Of a stretch of DNA of 64,000 nt, positions 8,516 to 18,223 are shown one piece after another (position 1 is the stretch's first letter; every line of letters starts with the position of its first letter). The DNA comes from Streptosporangiaceae bacterium (GTDB lineage: Bacteria; Actinomycetota; Actinomycetes; Streptosporangiales; Streptosporangiaceae), in contig JAOPYK010000149.1 of the NCBI GenBank assembly GCA_025964695.1, positions 15,278-79,277 on the forward strand. The letters run 5' to 3'. Below the pieces are notes generated by a model that was given only the letters and a program-made list of their open reading frames with translations, was not told where the DNA came from and made no database searches. The translations under genes were made by a program, and so were the position numbers.

Positions 8516-10090
8516 TCAGGAGTTGGCGGCGGTCCCCTCACCGCTCGGGACGGTCCCGCCCCCGGGGCCGGCGCCACCACGGGTGCGGCGGCGACGCGGA
8601 CGCCGAGGTGCGTCCCCCTCGTGAGCGTGTGCCGCGGTCACGGCGTCGGAGTCCGTCTCGGTGCCGGTCTGGCCGGCCTGGGCCGCATCCGCGGCGTCGA
8701 CCGGCTGGCCGCTCCGCGTACGGGTGCGGCTGCGGTTGCGCTGGCGAGGCTGCCGGGTCCTGTTCTCGTGTGAGCCCTCGCGCCTGCCGTCCCGGGAGCT
8801 CTCCCGGCCGTCGTTACGGCCGGCGCCACCGCCGCTCGAGCGGTTACGACCGGTCTCGCCGATGTCCTCGAGTTCCTCGGCGGCCAGCCCGGCGCGCTCC
8901 TGCATCGCCTTGGGCAAGATGCCCGTCACGCCCGCCGGGATGTCCATCGCGATGTAGAGGTTCTCCGAGGTGGAGTACATCTCCTCGGGAACCGGGAGGG
9001 ACAGGTCCAGTGCGGCGTTGATCAGCTTCCAGCGCTGGAGGTCCCGCCAGTCGACCAGGGTGACGGAGATGCCTTCCTTGCCGGCCCGGCCGGTGCGGCC
9101 GATCCGGTGGACGTAGGCCTTGTCGTCTTCCGGGCACTCGTAGTTGACGACGTGCGTGACGTCGTCGACGTCGAGGCCCCGGGCCGCCACGTCGGTGGCG
9201 ATCAGAACGTCGATCTTGCCGGACCGGAACGCTCGCAGCGCCCGCTCCCGCTGGCCCTGACCCAGGTCCCCGTGCACCGCGGCGGCGGCGAAGCCGCGCT
9301 TGATGAGATCCTCCGCGACCCGGTCACAGGCCCGCTTGGTCTGGCAGAACACCATGGTCAGCCCACGGCCACGGGCCTGCAGAATGCGGGCCAGCACCTC
9401 GGGCTTGTCCATCTGGTGGGCCTGCCACACATGCTGGACGACCTGCGGGGTGGCGTCCGACTCGGCGTGGGCCTCGGCTCGCACGTTGGTCGGCTGGGAC
9501 AGGTAGCGCCGGGACAGCGCCATGATCTCGCCCGGCATGGTCGCGGAGAACAGCATGGTCTGCCGTTTGGCGGGGACCAGCTGGATGATCCGCTCGATGT
9601 CGGGCAGGAAGCCCAGGTCGAGCATCCGGTCGGCCTCGTCGAGCACCAGCGCCTGGACCTCGGAGAGGTCGAGGTACTTCTGCTTGACCAGGTCGAGCAT
9701 CCGGCCGGGGGTACCGACGACGATGTCGACCCCCTTCTTGAGGGCGTCGATCTGTGGTTCGTAGGCTCGTCCGCCGTAGACCGACAGCACCCGGCTGCCG
9801 AGCTTGCCACCGGCCAGCACGAGGTCGTCGGTGACCTGGATCGCCAGCTCGCGGGTGGGCACGACCACCAGGGCCTGAGGGAGTTTGTTGCCCTGCCGCA
9901 CGCGCTGCAGCAGTGGGATGCCGAAGGCGAAGGTCTTGCCGGTGCCCGTTCGGGCCTGGCCGACCATGTCCTGCCCGTTGAGCGCGATGGGCAGGGCAAG
10001 CGCCTGGATGGGAAATGCGTCCACGATGCCCTCGGACTCGAGGGCGTCGACTATCTCGGGGATGACCCCGAGTTCACGAAAGGTAGTCAG
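8516..10090 (-). CDS. rhlE: DEAD-box RNA helicase
   Basis: Q motif FPIQ, ARTGTGKT, PTRELA, TPGR, DEAD, SAT, ARGLD, HRIGRTGRAG; Arg-rich C tail; start proposed at CTG 10090 (GGAGG 9 nt upstream). Confidence 0.92.
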   Translation of the reverse strand: MTTFRELGVIPEIVDALESEGIVDAFPIQALALPIALNGQDMVGQARTGTGKTFAFGIPLLQRVRQGNKLPQALVVVPTRELAIQVTDDLVLAGGKLGSRVLSVYGGRAYEPQIDALKKGVDIVVGTPGRMLDLVKQKYLDLSEVQALVLDEADRMLDLGFLPDIERIIQLVPAKRQTMLFSATMPGEIMALSRRYLSQPTNVRAEAHAESDATPQVVQHVWQAHQMDKPEVLARILQARGRGLTMVFCQTKRACDRVAEDLIKRGFAAAAVHGDLGQGQRERALRAFRSGKIDVLIATDVAARGLDVDDVTHVVNYECPEDDKAYVHRIGRTGRAGKEGISVTLVDWRDLQRWKLINAALDLSLPVPEEMYSTSENLYIAMDIPAGVTGILPKAMQERAGLAAEELEDIGETGRNRSSGGGAGRNDGRESSRDGRREGSHENRTRQPRQRNRSRTRTRSGQPVDAADAAQAGQTGTETDSDAVTAAHAHEGDAPRRPRRRRTRGGAGPGGGTVPSGEGTAANS

Positions 10091-10536
10091 GGCGTTCAGC
10101 CTCCATAGTGCGGGGTCAGACCTCCCCGGCCAGCGGCGCTGCGGCGCGCCGTGGGGCACACCATCGTTGCGGCACCTACGACCGGCCAGGCGAACATCCG
10201 CCTGTCGATCGTCACTGCGGCCGCGCGCTCGCGCGAGAGGGACCAGCCGTCGATCATTACTCGGTGACCGCCGTTAGGGGTCAACGCATCTGCCGTGAGC
10301 AACTGCGCGCGGTCACACTCCGCGACGCAGTGTACCGGTGGTTGGCCGATTACGCCATTAGCAGATCCTTCAACTGAACACCTGGCCGTTCGGCGATATT
10401 CCGGACGGTCCGCGAAGGCCTCCTGCCAGAGCCCGCCAAAGGTGTCTCGCCGGGACCGTACCAGCGCCTTCGGCCGGACCCGTGCGGCGGCCTCCCGGAC
10501 CGGGTGAAGGCCTCTGCGAGAGGGGCTTGAACAGGT

Positions 10537-10569
10537 GAAGGCCCCCGCTACGGGGGAGCGGAGGCCTTC
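10537..10569 (-). terminator. 13-bp hairpin (one G-U pair on the minus strand) after the GlsB/YeaQ gene
   Basis: minus strand gaaggcctccgct...agcgggggccttc. Confidence 0.65.
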
Positions 10570-10593
10570 AGTTCTGCGGTCGTGCGGAGTTGG

Positions 10594-10884
10594 TCAGCGT
10601 GTCCGGCTGCGGGTGCGCCAGCCGCCTCGACGGCCGCCCCAGCCGCCGCCCTGAGCGCCGGTGAGAATCGCGACACCGACGGCGGCGATGATGACCGCGA
10701 AGATGAACGCGACCGCCGTGCCGGCGCCCAACGCGTTGGCGGCCACACCACCGAGGATGGCACCGGCCACACCGACCAGGATCGTCAGCACGATGCCGAT
10801 GGGGTTACGGCCCGGAACGAGCAGCCTGGCCAGGACGCCGACGACGGCGCCAACAAGGATGAACCAGAGAATGGTCATTGCCAT
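10594..10884 (-). CDS. GlsB/YeaQ/YmgE family stress-response membrane protein
   Basis: ILVGAVVGVLARLLVPGRNPIGIVLTILVGVAGAILGG, three hydrophobic segments, basic tail. Confidence 0.88.
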   Translation of the reverse strand: MAMTILWFILVGAVVGVLARLLVPGRNPIGIVLTILVGVAGAILGGVAANALGAGTAVAFIFAVIIAAVGVAILTGAQGGGWGGRRGGWRTRSRTR

Positions 10885-10919
10885 GTGAATCCACCTCCCG
10901 AAGATTGTCGGGAGTGGGT

Positions 10920-10943
10920 ATGCCCGTCCGATATGGGCTAAAC
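10920..10943 (-). promoter_or_regulatory. Candidate SigB/SigF-type general-stress promoter
   Basis: minus strand GTTT-N14-GGGCAT upstream of the GlsB/YeaQ gene; resembles the GTTT-N14-16-GGGTAT class. Confidence 0.5.
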
Positions 10944-10985
10944 AAAGCCCAGGTCAGCGGCTCGCAAGGTCCCTCAGGGGCCGGC

Positions 10986-11213
10986 TCAGAAGGTGCTGAA
11001 GCCGACCGAACGAGACTCATCCTCGGAGATCTCCAGATAGCCCACATGTGCGGCCGGGACCACGACCCGCCCGCCGCGCTCGTCGACCAGGATGAACACT
11101 CCGTTCTCGGTCTGGAGAGCCTCCATCAGGGATTGCTCGATCTCGTCCGCCGACACCGTCGTGTCGACGACGATCTCCTTGGCGACCGATTGCACTCCGA
11201 TGCGCACCTGCAC
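10986..11213 (-). CDS. DUF3107 protein (Rv3208A-like)
   Basis: MQVRIGVQSVAKEIVV...LVDERGGRVVVPAAHVGYLEI...RSVGF; position next to TetR matches conserved synteny. Confidence 0.88.
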   Translation of the reverse strand: MQVRIGVQSVAKEIVVDTTVSADEIEQSLMEALQTENGVFILVDERGGRVVVPAAHVGYLEISEDESRSVGFSTF

Positions 11214-11258
11214 GATCGTCTCCCCCTTGGCTGCGGTTGGCAGTGGGCCGGCGTAGGG

Positions 11259-11909
11259 TCAGCCGCCCGCTGAGGTGGTTCCGGTCGGCTCGCCGATGCG
11301 CGGGAAACCGCTGATGCCACGCCAGGCGAGCCTGGCGATGAGCTTCTCGGCGGTGTCCTTGGGAATGGCCCGCTGCTGGGAGAGCCAATACCGGGCGCTG
11401 ACCTCGGCCATGCCGACCAGGCCCATACCGAGCAGATGCGCCTCGTCGCTGGAGGCGTCGGTGTCCTCCTGGATGACCAGGCTGATCATCTCGGCGCACT
11501 GCTGGAGGGCGCGTTCCACCCGCGCCCGGACGGGGGCGACGTTACGCAGGTCCGATTCGAAGACCAGCCGGAACGCCTCGCCCTCACCGGAGACGAAATC
11601 GTAGAACGCCTGCATCGTGGCCGCCACCCGGGACTTGTTCTCCGGGGTGGAGGCCAGTGCGTCGCGCACCCTGGTCACCAGCGCCTCGGCGTGTTCGTCG
11701 AGCAGGGCCAGGTAGAGCTCGAGCTTGCCCGGGAAGTGCTGATACAGCACCGGCTTACTGACCCCGGCGCGTTCGGCGATCTCGTCCATCGCGGCGGCGT
11801 GATAGCCCTGGGCGACGAACACCTCCTGGGCGGCACCGAGCAGCTGTCGACGGCGCGCCATCCGTGGCAGTCGTGTACCACGAGGGCGGGCGTCCGGGAT
11901 CGCCGTCAC
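11259..11909 (-). CDS. TetR/AcrR regulator (Rv3208-like)
   Basis: GYHAAAMDEIAERAGVSKPVLYQHFPGK HTH; C-terminal LAWRGISGFP. Confidence 0.93.
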   Translation of the reverse strand: MTAIPDARPRGTRLPRMARRRQLLGAAQEVFVAQGYHAAAMDEIAERAGVSKPVLYQHFPGKLELYLALLDEHAEALVTRVRDALASTPENKSRVAATMQAFYDFVSGEGEAFRLVFESDLRNVAPVRARVERALQQCAEMISLVIQEDTDASSDEAHLLGMGLVGMAEVSARYWLSQQRAIPKDTAEKLIARLAWRGISGFPRIGEPTGTTSAGG

Positions 11910-12006
11910 CGCACTCTCCGATCACCATGTCGTGCGACGAAGGTGACGTCGCGGGAAGTTCAATTCCATCATCCTACGTGGCGGTAACCTCGTCGGTCAC
12001 TAACAA

Positions 12007-12300
12007 TCAGCGGTAGTCGTCTTCGTCGATCTCGACAACCCGGCTCTGATCGGCGACGTCGGCCTCGTTCGCGTCCGGCGGAATATGGTCGGGCCAGATG
12101 GGATCCTCCTCGTCGCGTACCGGCGTGTGCTGTTCGGCGGCGTCCGCTTCGGGGGCCTCCAGGTCGATGTCCGGGTCGATCTCCGGATCCGATGCCAGAG
12201 TCAGGTCCCCGTGGACCGTCGTGTGCTGTTCGGCGGCGTCCGCCTCGGGCGCCTCCAGATCGATGTCCTGGCCAGGCTCCGTTCCATTCGGCTTGCTCAT
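12007..12300 (-). CDS. Small acidic conserved hypothetical protein
   Basis: [15 protein letters not shown] twice, ending [21 protein letters not shown]; SD gagggga before ATG 12300. Confidence 0.75.
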   Translation of the reverse strand: MSKPNGTEPGQDIDLEAPEADAAEQHTTVHGDLTLASDPEIDPDIDLEAPEADAAEQHTPVRDEEDPIWPDHIPPDANEADVADQSRVVEIDEDDYR

Positions 12301-12313
12301 GGACAGTCCCCTC

Positions 12314-13723
12314 TCACAGACGCTCGGCCAGTTCGCGCAGAGGCGGCTCGATGGCTTCACCGTACGTCGGGAACGCGTGGATCACATCGGTCAGGACGTC
12401 CAGCCGGATCTCGGCACGGATGGCGAGCGCGATTTCCGCCATCCATTCCTCAGCGTAGAGACCGACCGCGGTGCCGCCGACGAGCACCCCTCGTGCGGGA
12501 TCGGCGTAGAGCTCCACCCGCCCGCCGGTGAAACCACGCTCGTCCTCCTCCACCGCGGCCCGGGCCGTCCCGGCCAGCTCCGTACCGGCGGCGATCAGGC
12601 CGATGCCCATCTCCTCGGCCCGTACGGGGGACAGGCCCACGGCATAAACCGAGGGGGTCGTGCGCACGGCCCGGGGGATCGCGCGATAGTCGGCCTCCTG
12701 GCGCTTGCCCAGCACGTTGGCGACCACCACGCGCGCCTGGTAGAGCGCGAGGTGGGTGGAGGGCGTCATGCCGGTGACGTCGCCGGCCGCCCAGACCCGG
12801 CCGCCCAGACCGTCCTCCGCGACGTGGCGCCCGGGGTTTTCGGACGGAAGGCCTTGCAGGTCATGGGGCAGGAGAGCGGGAGGGCCGGTGACGACCTGAC
12901 AGGTCACATCGACCGGTACCCCACGCACCGGGTCGGCGGCGATGCCGAGCGTCTCCAGTCCCAGCCCGCTCACCCGCGGCAGGCGGCCCGCGGAGACCAG
13001 GATGCGGTCGGCCTCGATCACCGCACCGTCGGCCAGCCTCAGCCGGGGGCCGCTCTCGGTGCGCTCGGCGACGATGACCCGCGTGCGCAGGCGCAGATCG
13101 GTGCCCAGCCGCCGGAGGGCGTCGGCCAGGTGATCCCCGGCGAAGGGCGCCTCCGTGGCCAGGAGGCGTTCGCCGGGCTCGACCACGGTGACCTGGGACC
13201 CGAACGCCGCGTAGATCTGCGCGAGCTCACAGCCGGCCGCGTCGCCGCCCAGCACCACGAGGCGGCGGGGCAGGTCCGGGGAGGTCAGCGCCTCGTCGGT
13301 GGTCCACAAGGGCAGGTCGGCGATCCCGGCTACGGCCGGCACCGCCGGTTCGCCGCCCGCGCACACCACCAGTTCGGTGAAGCCGTGCCGGTGGCCGTCC
13401 ACCTCGAGGGATCCCGGTTCGCGGATCCGGCCGTGCCCGCGCAGCACCGTCACGCCGGCATCGGCCATCCGGGCCGCCGCGGCCGAGTCGTCGAGGTGGC
13501 CGGTCACCCGGTCGCGCCGGGCGATCGCCAGCTCCCAGGTCTCCCCGCGCTGGGCGGAGTGCAGCAGGGACTTCGAGGGCAGGCACGCGAAGTACGGGCG
13601 CTCGCCCCCGACCAGCCGGGATTCCACGAGAGCCACGGCCCGTCCCGCCTGGGCCAGCTCGATCGCGACGTGCTGCCCCGCCACCCCGCCGCCGACCACC
13701 ATCACCTCGTAGTGCTCAGTCAC
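12314..13723 (-). CDS. Class I pyridine nucleotide-disulfide oxidoreductase (Lpd/MerA-like)
   Basis: [11 protein letters not shown] motif, [29 protein letters not shown]; first redox Cys is Arg. Confidence 0.85.
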   Translation of the reverse strand: MTEHYEVMVVGGGVAGQHVAIELAQAGRAVALVESRLVGGERPYFACLPSKSLLHSAQRGETWELAIARRDRVTGHLDDSAAAARMADAGVTVLRGHGRIREPGSLEVDGHRHGFTELVVCAGGEPAVPAVAGIADLPLWTTDEALTSPDLPRRLVVLGGDAAGCELAQIYAAFGSQVTVVEPGERLLATEAPFAGDHLADALRRLGTDLRLRTRVIVAERTESGPRLRLADGAVIEADRILVSAGRLPRVSGLGLETLGIAADPVRGVPVDVTCQVVTGPPALLPHDLQGLPSENPGRHVAEDGLGGRVWAAGDVTGMTPSTHLALYQARVVVANVLGKRQEADYRAIPRAVRTTPSVYAVGLSPVRAEEMGIGLIAAGTELAGTARAAVEEDERGFTGGRVELYADPARGVLVGGTAVGLYAEEWMAEIALAIRAEIRLDVLTDVIHAFPTYGEAIEPPLRELAERL

Positions 13724-13787
13724 CAGGCCTCCTTCGTCTCACCCCCATGGTGACAAGAGAGACGGCGAAGCGTAGGCGTTCGACTAC

Positions 13788-14693
13788 TTAGGGCAGTTTC
13801 TGGCGTTCTATCGTCAATGGCGCGAACAGGTCTCCCTGCTCCTGCACCCGATCCAGTACCTGGCCGGCGGTGAAGTACAGCTCTTCGGGCCGCTCACACG
13901 CCTCGACCTCGTCCCAGGAGACCGGGGTGGACACCGTCGGATCGTCGGCGGCTCGCAGGGAGTAGGGGGCTACCGTGGTCTTGGCCGGGTTGTTCTGACT
14001 CCAGTCCACGAACACCTTGTCCCTGCGCAGCCGCTTGTCCATACGGCTGATCACCTGGCCGCCGTGGTCGCGCTCCAGTCGTTGCGCGGCCTCCTTGGCG
14101 TACTCGGACGTACGGTCGGACTCGGCGATCGGCACGTACAGGTGCAGGCCCTTCCTGCCGCTGGTCTTGGGATACGACTTCAGCCCGTCGGCGTCGAGAA
14201 GCTCCCGCAGCATCAGGGCCACCCGGCAGGCGTCGACGATCGTGGCCGGCGGCCCCGGATCCAGGTCGAAGACCATCAGATCGGGCTTGTGCACACCGCC
14301 ACGGGGGCCGACCTTCCACTGCGGCACATGGAGTTCGAGGGCCGCGAGGTTCGCGGCCCACACCAGCGTGGGCAGATCGTCGATCACCACGAAGTTCAGC
14401 GACTCGTAGCCACGTGAGCTGCCGGGGGTAGGCAGCTCAACCGTGCGTACCCACTCCGGCGTGTGGGAGGGGGCGTTCTTCTCGAAGAACGAGATGCCCT
14501 CCACCCCGTCGGGAAACCGCTTGCGGGTGGCCGGGCGATCGGCGAGATGGGGCAGCAGCGCCGGAGCCACCCGGGTGTAGTAGTCGATGACCTCACCCTT
14601 GGTGAACCCGTGACGGGGGTAGAGCACCTTGTCCAGGTTGGTCAGCGTCAGCTCGCGCCCGTCCACCTTGACCTGGATCTTCTTGGGGGTCAT
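13788..14693 (-). CDS. ligD: NHEJ polymerase (LigD Pol / primase-like domain), stand-alone
   Basis: LTNLDKVLYP, KRFPDGVEG, FFEKN, FDLDPG, KTSGRKGLH, FVDWSQN, APYSLR. Confidence 0.93.
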   Translation of the reverse strand: MTPKKIQVKVDGRELTLTNLDKVLYPRHGFTKGEVIDYYTRVAPALLPHLADRPATRKRFPDGVEGISFFEKNAPSHTPEWVRTVELPTPGSSRGYESLNFVVIDDLPTLVWAANLAALELHVPQWKVGPRGGVHKPDLMVFDLDPGPPATIVDACRVALMLRELLDADGLKSYPKTSGRKGLHLYVPIAESDRTSEYAKEAAQRLERDHGGQVISRMDKRLRRDKVFVDWSQNNPAKTTVAPYSLRAADDPTVSTPVSWDEVEACERPEELYFTAGQVLDRVQEQGDLFAPLTIERQKLP

Positions 14694-15685
14694 AGGCCGG
14701 GCTCACGGGTCACGCTCGTGGGGGAGAGGTCGGAGCGCAGGCCGCGCCACGACGGCGCGCGCAGCCGGCCGTCCGCCGTCCAGGAGATGAAGGTCACCTC
14801 ACCGACCTTCCGAGGCTCCACCCAGCGGGCGCCCCGAGCGAACTCGTAGGGCACCGACCCCGGCGCGAACGGGCTCGTGGAGCGGCTCAGCGGGCGGAGC
14901 AGCTCCGCGAGATCCGCCAGCGCCCGGTCGGTGAAACCGGTGCCGACATGGCCCACGAACTGGAGTGCCCCCTTGTCGTGGACCCCGAGCAGCAGCGAGC
15001 CGATCCCACCCGCACGCCGGCCCTTGCCGGGCTTCCAACCGCCGATGACGACCTCCTGTGTATGGAAGTTCTTCACCTTGCGCCAGTAGTCGACGCGTTT
15101 CCCCGGCCGATACGGTGAGCCTAGACGCTTGGCGACGAGCCCTTCCAGCCGCTGTTCCCGGGTGTAGTCCACCAGCTCCGCGACCTGCTCGGCGTCGTCG
15201 GCGCGCAGATAGGAGGGTGCCTCGATCGGACCCGCGGTAAGCTCCAGGTCGTCCAGCAGCTCGCGCCGGTCGCTGTACGGCACGTCATACAGCGTGTGCC
15301 CGTCCAGGTAGAGCAGATCGAACACGACGTAGTGGACGGGGACCTCGCGGACCAGCCGCGGATGGGGGGCCGCGACGTGCATCCGATGCTGCAGCCGCCC
15401 GAAGTCGGGGCGTCCGGTGCTGTCGAAGGCCACGACCTCGCCGTCGAGCACCGCTCCCTGATGGGGGATGAGGTCGCCGATGACCGACAGTTCGGGATAG
15501 TGACCGGTGACCTCGGCGCCGCGCCGCGCCGTGGCTCGTACGCCGCCTTTGCCGTCGACGTAGGTGACGACCCGGACCCCGTCCCACTTGAGCTCCAGGC
15601 CCCACTCGGCGGCGTCGGTGTCGGGTAGTTCCCCGGTGGCGGCCACCATCGGCTCCACCAGTTCCGGCATCGAGAACGCGCTCAT
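14690..15685 (-). CDS. ATP-dependent DNA ligase (LigD ligase domain), stand-alone
   Basis: ELKWDGVR adenylation motif, LDGEVV, VFDLLYLDG, EGLVAKR, YRPGKR, WRKVK, LRAPSW. Confidence 0.93.
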   Translation of the reverse strand: MSAFSMPELVEPMVAATGELPDTDAAEWGLELKWDGVRVVTYVDGKGGVRATARRGAEVTGHYPELSVIGDLIPHQGAVLDGEVVAFDSTGRPDFGRLQHRMHVAAPHPRLVREVPVHYVVFDLLYLDGHTLYDVPYSDRRELLDDLELTAGPIEAPSYLRADDAEQVAELVDYTREQRLEGLVAKRLGSPYRPGKRVDYWRKVKNFHTQEVVIGGWKPGKGRRAGGIGSLLLGVHDKGALQFVGHVGTGFTDRALADLAELLRPLSRSTSPFAPGSVPYEFARGARWVEPRKVGEVTFISWTADGRLRAPSWRGLRSDLSPTSVTREPGL

Positions 15686-15821
15686 GTGGACCTTGTGCCC
15701 GGCTTGCCCCCCGGTGACGCGTCATCCGATCAGGATCACAAAAGGATCAAACGGGACTTCTGGTGCATCTCGAACAGGTTTGCGACGCTAGAGGAATGGA
15801 CCGGATGGGTAGGGAGCACGT

Positions 15822-16694
15822 ATGCGCAGCATCTGGAAGGGCGCGATCTCCTTCGGCCTGGTGACCATCCCGGTCAAGCTGTACTCGGCGACCGAGCAGC
15901 GGGACGTCTCGTTCCACCAGGTCCACCGCACCGACGCGGGCCGCATCAAGTACAAGCGCGTCTGCACCGTCTGCGGGGAGGAGGTGGCCTACGCCGACAT
16001 CGCCAAGGGCTACGAACTGCCCAGCGGTGAGATCGTCGTCCTGACCGACGAGGATTTCGCGCACCTGCCGCTGACCACCAGCCGGCGCATCGACGTCCTG
16101 CAGTTCGTGCCGCTCGAGCAGGTCGACCCGATCTACTTCGCCAAGTCGTACTACCTGGAGCCCGAGGGCCAGGGCACCAAGCCGTACGTCCTGCTCCGGG
16201 ACGCGCTGGAGAGCTCGGACAAGGTCGCCCTGGTGAAGGTGGCGCTGCGGCAGCGTGAGTCACTGGCCACGCTGCGGGTCCGCGATGGCGTGTTCGTGCT
16301 GGAGACGATGCTGTGGCCGGACGAGGTGCGCACCCCGAGGTTCTCGTTCATGGACGAAGAGGTGGAGGTCCGGCCGCAGGAGCTCACCATGGCGTCGTCG
16401 CTGATCGAGTCGATGGCGGGCGACCTCGACCTGTCCCAGTACAAGGACGCCTACCGCGAGGCCCTCGAGGCGGTCATCGAGGCCAAGATCGAGGGCAAGG
16501 AGATCGTCCAGCCCGAGGAGGCCGAGGCCGAGACGGGAGCCACCGACCTGCTCAGCGCACTGCGCGCCAGCGTCGAGGCGGCCAAGAAGAGCCGTGCCGA
16601 AGGTGAGAAGGCCACCAAGCCGGCCGCCCGCAAGACCGCCACCAAGAAGCCGGCCGCCAAGAAGCCCGCGGCGAAGTCACGCAAGTCCGCCTGA
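15822..16694 (+). CDS. ku: Ku DNA end-binding protein
   Basis: MRSIWKGAISFGLVTIPVKLYSATE, YKDAYREAL; Lys/Ala-rich C tail. Confidence 0.97.
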   Translation: MRSIWKGAISFGLVTIPVKLYSATEQRDVSFHQVHRTDAGRIKYKRVCTVCGEEVAYADIAKGYELPSGEIVVLTDEDFAHLPLTTSRRIDVLQFVPLEQVDPIYFAKSYYLEPEGQGTKPYVLLRDALESSDKVALVKVALRQRESLATLRVRDGVFVLETMLWPDEVRTPRFSFMDEEVEVRPQELTMASSLIESMAGDLDLSQYKDAYREALEAVIEAKIEGKEIVQPEEAEAETGATDLLSALRASVEAAKKSRAEGEKATKPAARKTATKKPAAKKPAAKSRKSA

Positions 16695-16747
16695 ACGGCG
16701 GGTGGGGAACCGGCCGGCCGGTCGGGGCCGGTATCTTTCCGCTCATA

Positions 16748-17647
16748 ATGAGCACGCCGATTCCACATTGGCCCGGTGACCTGGTCTCCCTGGGCGATAA
16801 CGAGGTGTACGTACGGGAAGCGCCCGGCGACGGGGAGCCCGCACTCTACGTGCACGGGCTGGCCGGGGCGGCCACCAACTGGACCGATCTGATGGGTGAG
16901 CTGTCGGACGTCGTCGACGGAGCGGCGATCGATCTGCCCGGGTTCGGATACTCGCCGCCCCCGCCGGACCAGGACTACTCGCTCCGCGCCCATGCCCGCG
17001 TCGTCGTACGGCTGATCGAGGCGCGGGGCGGCGGCCCGGTGCACTTGTTCGGCAACTCGCTGGGCGGCGCGGTCGCGACCCGGGTGGCGGGCCGCCGTCC
17101 CGACCTGGTCCGGACGCTGACGCTGGTCTCGCCTGCGCTGCCCGACCTGCGGCCGAGGTACGGGGCGACGCGCATCCTCGCCGCCGCCCTGCCGGGCCTG
17201 GGGCCGTGGGCGATGCGGCGGCTGGCCACGCTGGCGCCCGAACGCCGGGTGCAGTCCTCCCTCGACATGACCTTCGCGGACCCGACGAGGGTGGCGCCGG
17301 AGCGCCTGATGGAGCTGGTCGCCGAGGTCCGGCGCCGTGACGTCCTCGACCACGCGATGGCCGCCATCATCGGCTCCGCCCGCGGGGTCATCTCCGAGTT
17401 CGTGTTCCGCGGGCCCGGCTCCCTCTGGCGGGACGCGGCCCGGGTCACGGCCCCCACCCTGCTGTTGTACGGCAGGGAGGACCGGATCGTCGATCCCCGG
17501 ATGGCGGCCCGCGCGGGGAGGGCCTTCCGCAACGCCCGGGTGGTGACCCTGCCCAACGTCGGGCACGTCGCCCAGATGGAGAAGCCCGAGGTCGTCGCTC
17601 GCGAGTTCCGGACCCTGCTGGCCGACCTGCCGGCCCGTACGTCCTGA
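16748..17647 (+). CDS. Alpha/beta fold hydrolase
   Basis: VHGLAG, IDLPGFG, GNSLGG, YGREDRIV, VGHVAQME. Confidence 0.9.
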   Translation: MSTPIPHWPGDLVSLGDNEVYVREAPGDGEPALYVHGLAGAATNWTDLMGELSDVVDGAAIDLPGFGYSPPPPDQDYSLRAHARVVVRLIEARGGGPVHLFGNSLGGAVATRVAGRRPDLVRTLTLVSPALPDLRPRYGATRILAAALPGLGPWAMRRLATLAPERRVQSSLDMTFADPTRVAPERLMELVAEVRRRDVLDHAMAAIIGSARGVISEFVFRGPGSLWRDAARVTAPTLLLYGREDRIVDPRMAARAGRAFRNARVVTLPNVGHVAQMEKPEVVAREFRTLLADLPARTS

Positions 17648-17675
17648 CACGCCCGCCGTACGTGGGGTCACGTCA

Positions 17676-17801
17676 GCACGGGGTTACGTGAGCACCGGCT
17701 TACGTAAGCACGGGGTTACGCGAGCACCCGGTTACGTCAGCAAGGGGTTACGCGAGCACCGGGTTACGTAAGCACGGGTTACGCGAGCACGGGTCGCGTC
17801 A
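17676..17801. repeat. Intergenic minisatellite, 8 clear copies of a 15-16 bp unit
   Basis: consensus gcacggggttacgNNa, e.g. gcacggggttacgtga, gcaccggcttacgtaa, gcacggggttacgcga. Confidence 0.9.
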
Positions 17802-17971
17802 GCGCTGGTGTCACATCAGCGCGGGGTCAGGTGGCGGCGGAGTCGCGTGGCGGTGAAGCCGTCGCCCGGCCCGCCGCAGCCGGCTCACAGGTGTCCCCGG
17901 CGGGCGCGTCCCCCGGGGACACGGGAGTGCCCCGGCCCCGAGGCCGGGGCACTCACTTGCCGCAACGGGAG

Positions 17972-18166
17972 TTACTTGTCGAACGTCCTGCGGACGTCCT
18001 TGGCCGCGTCCTTCGCGCGCTCTCCCACCTGCTTCGCGCCGCCCTCGATGCGATCGGCCTTGCCTTCGCCCTCGAGGTACGGGTCGCCGGCCTGACGTCC
18101 GGCCTCTTCCTTGCCGCGGCCCTTGGTCTGCTGAGCCTTGTTCTTCAGCTTGTCCAGGAAGCTCAT
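17972..18166 (-). CDS. CsbD family stress protein
   Basis: DKLKNKAQQTKGRGKEEAG...LEGEGKADRIEGGAKQVGERAKD. Confidence 0.88.
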   Translation of the reverse strand: MSFLDKLKNKAQQTKGRGKEEAGRQAGDPYLEGEGKADRIEGGAKQVGERAKDAAKDVRRTFDK

Positions 18167-18223
18167 GGTTCCTCGTCTCCGTACGGTTGTCGTACTCCAC
18201 CCCGGTGCCCGCTATCGCATGGC

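Noticed and set aside
10160-10536. Ferritin-like gene (Rv3210c-type) expected opposite rhlE
   Set aside because: No matching ORF; only short motif-free frames are present
15770-15785. Possible SOS box between ligD and ku (TCGAAC-AGGT-TTGCGA)
   Set aside because: Two mismatches in one half-site, so it could easily be chance; ku/ligD are not established LexA targets
16600-16694. Histone-like KPAAKK tail of Ku
   Set aside because: A known feature of actinobacterial Ku proteins
17676-17801. CRISPR array interpretation of this and other repeat tracts, given the Cas4-like nuclease
   Set aside because: Units are contiguous with no unique 30-40 bp spacers; no cas1/cas2 or effector genes
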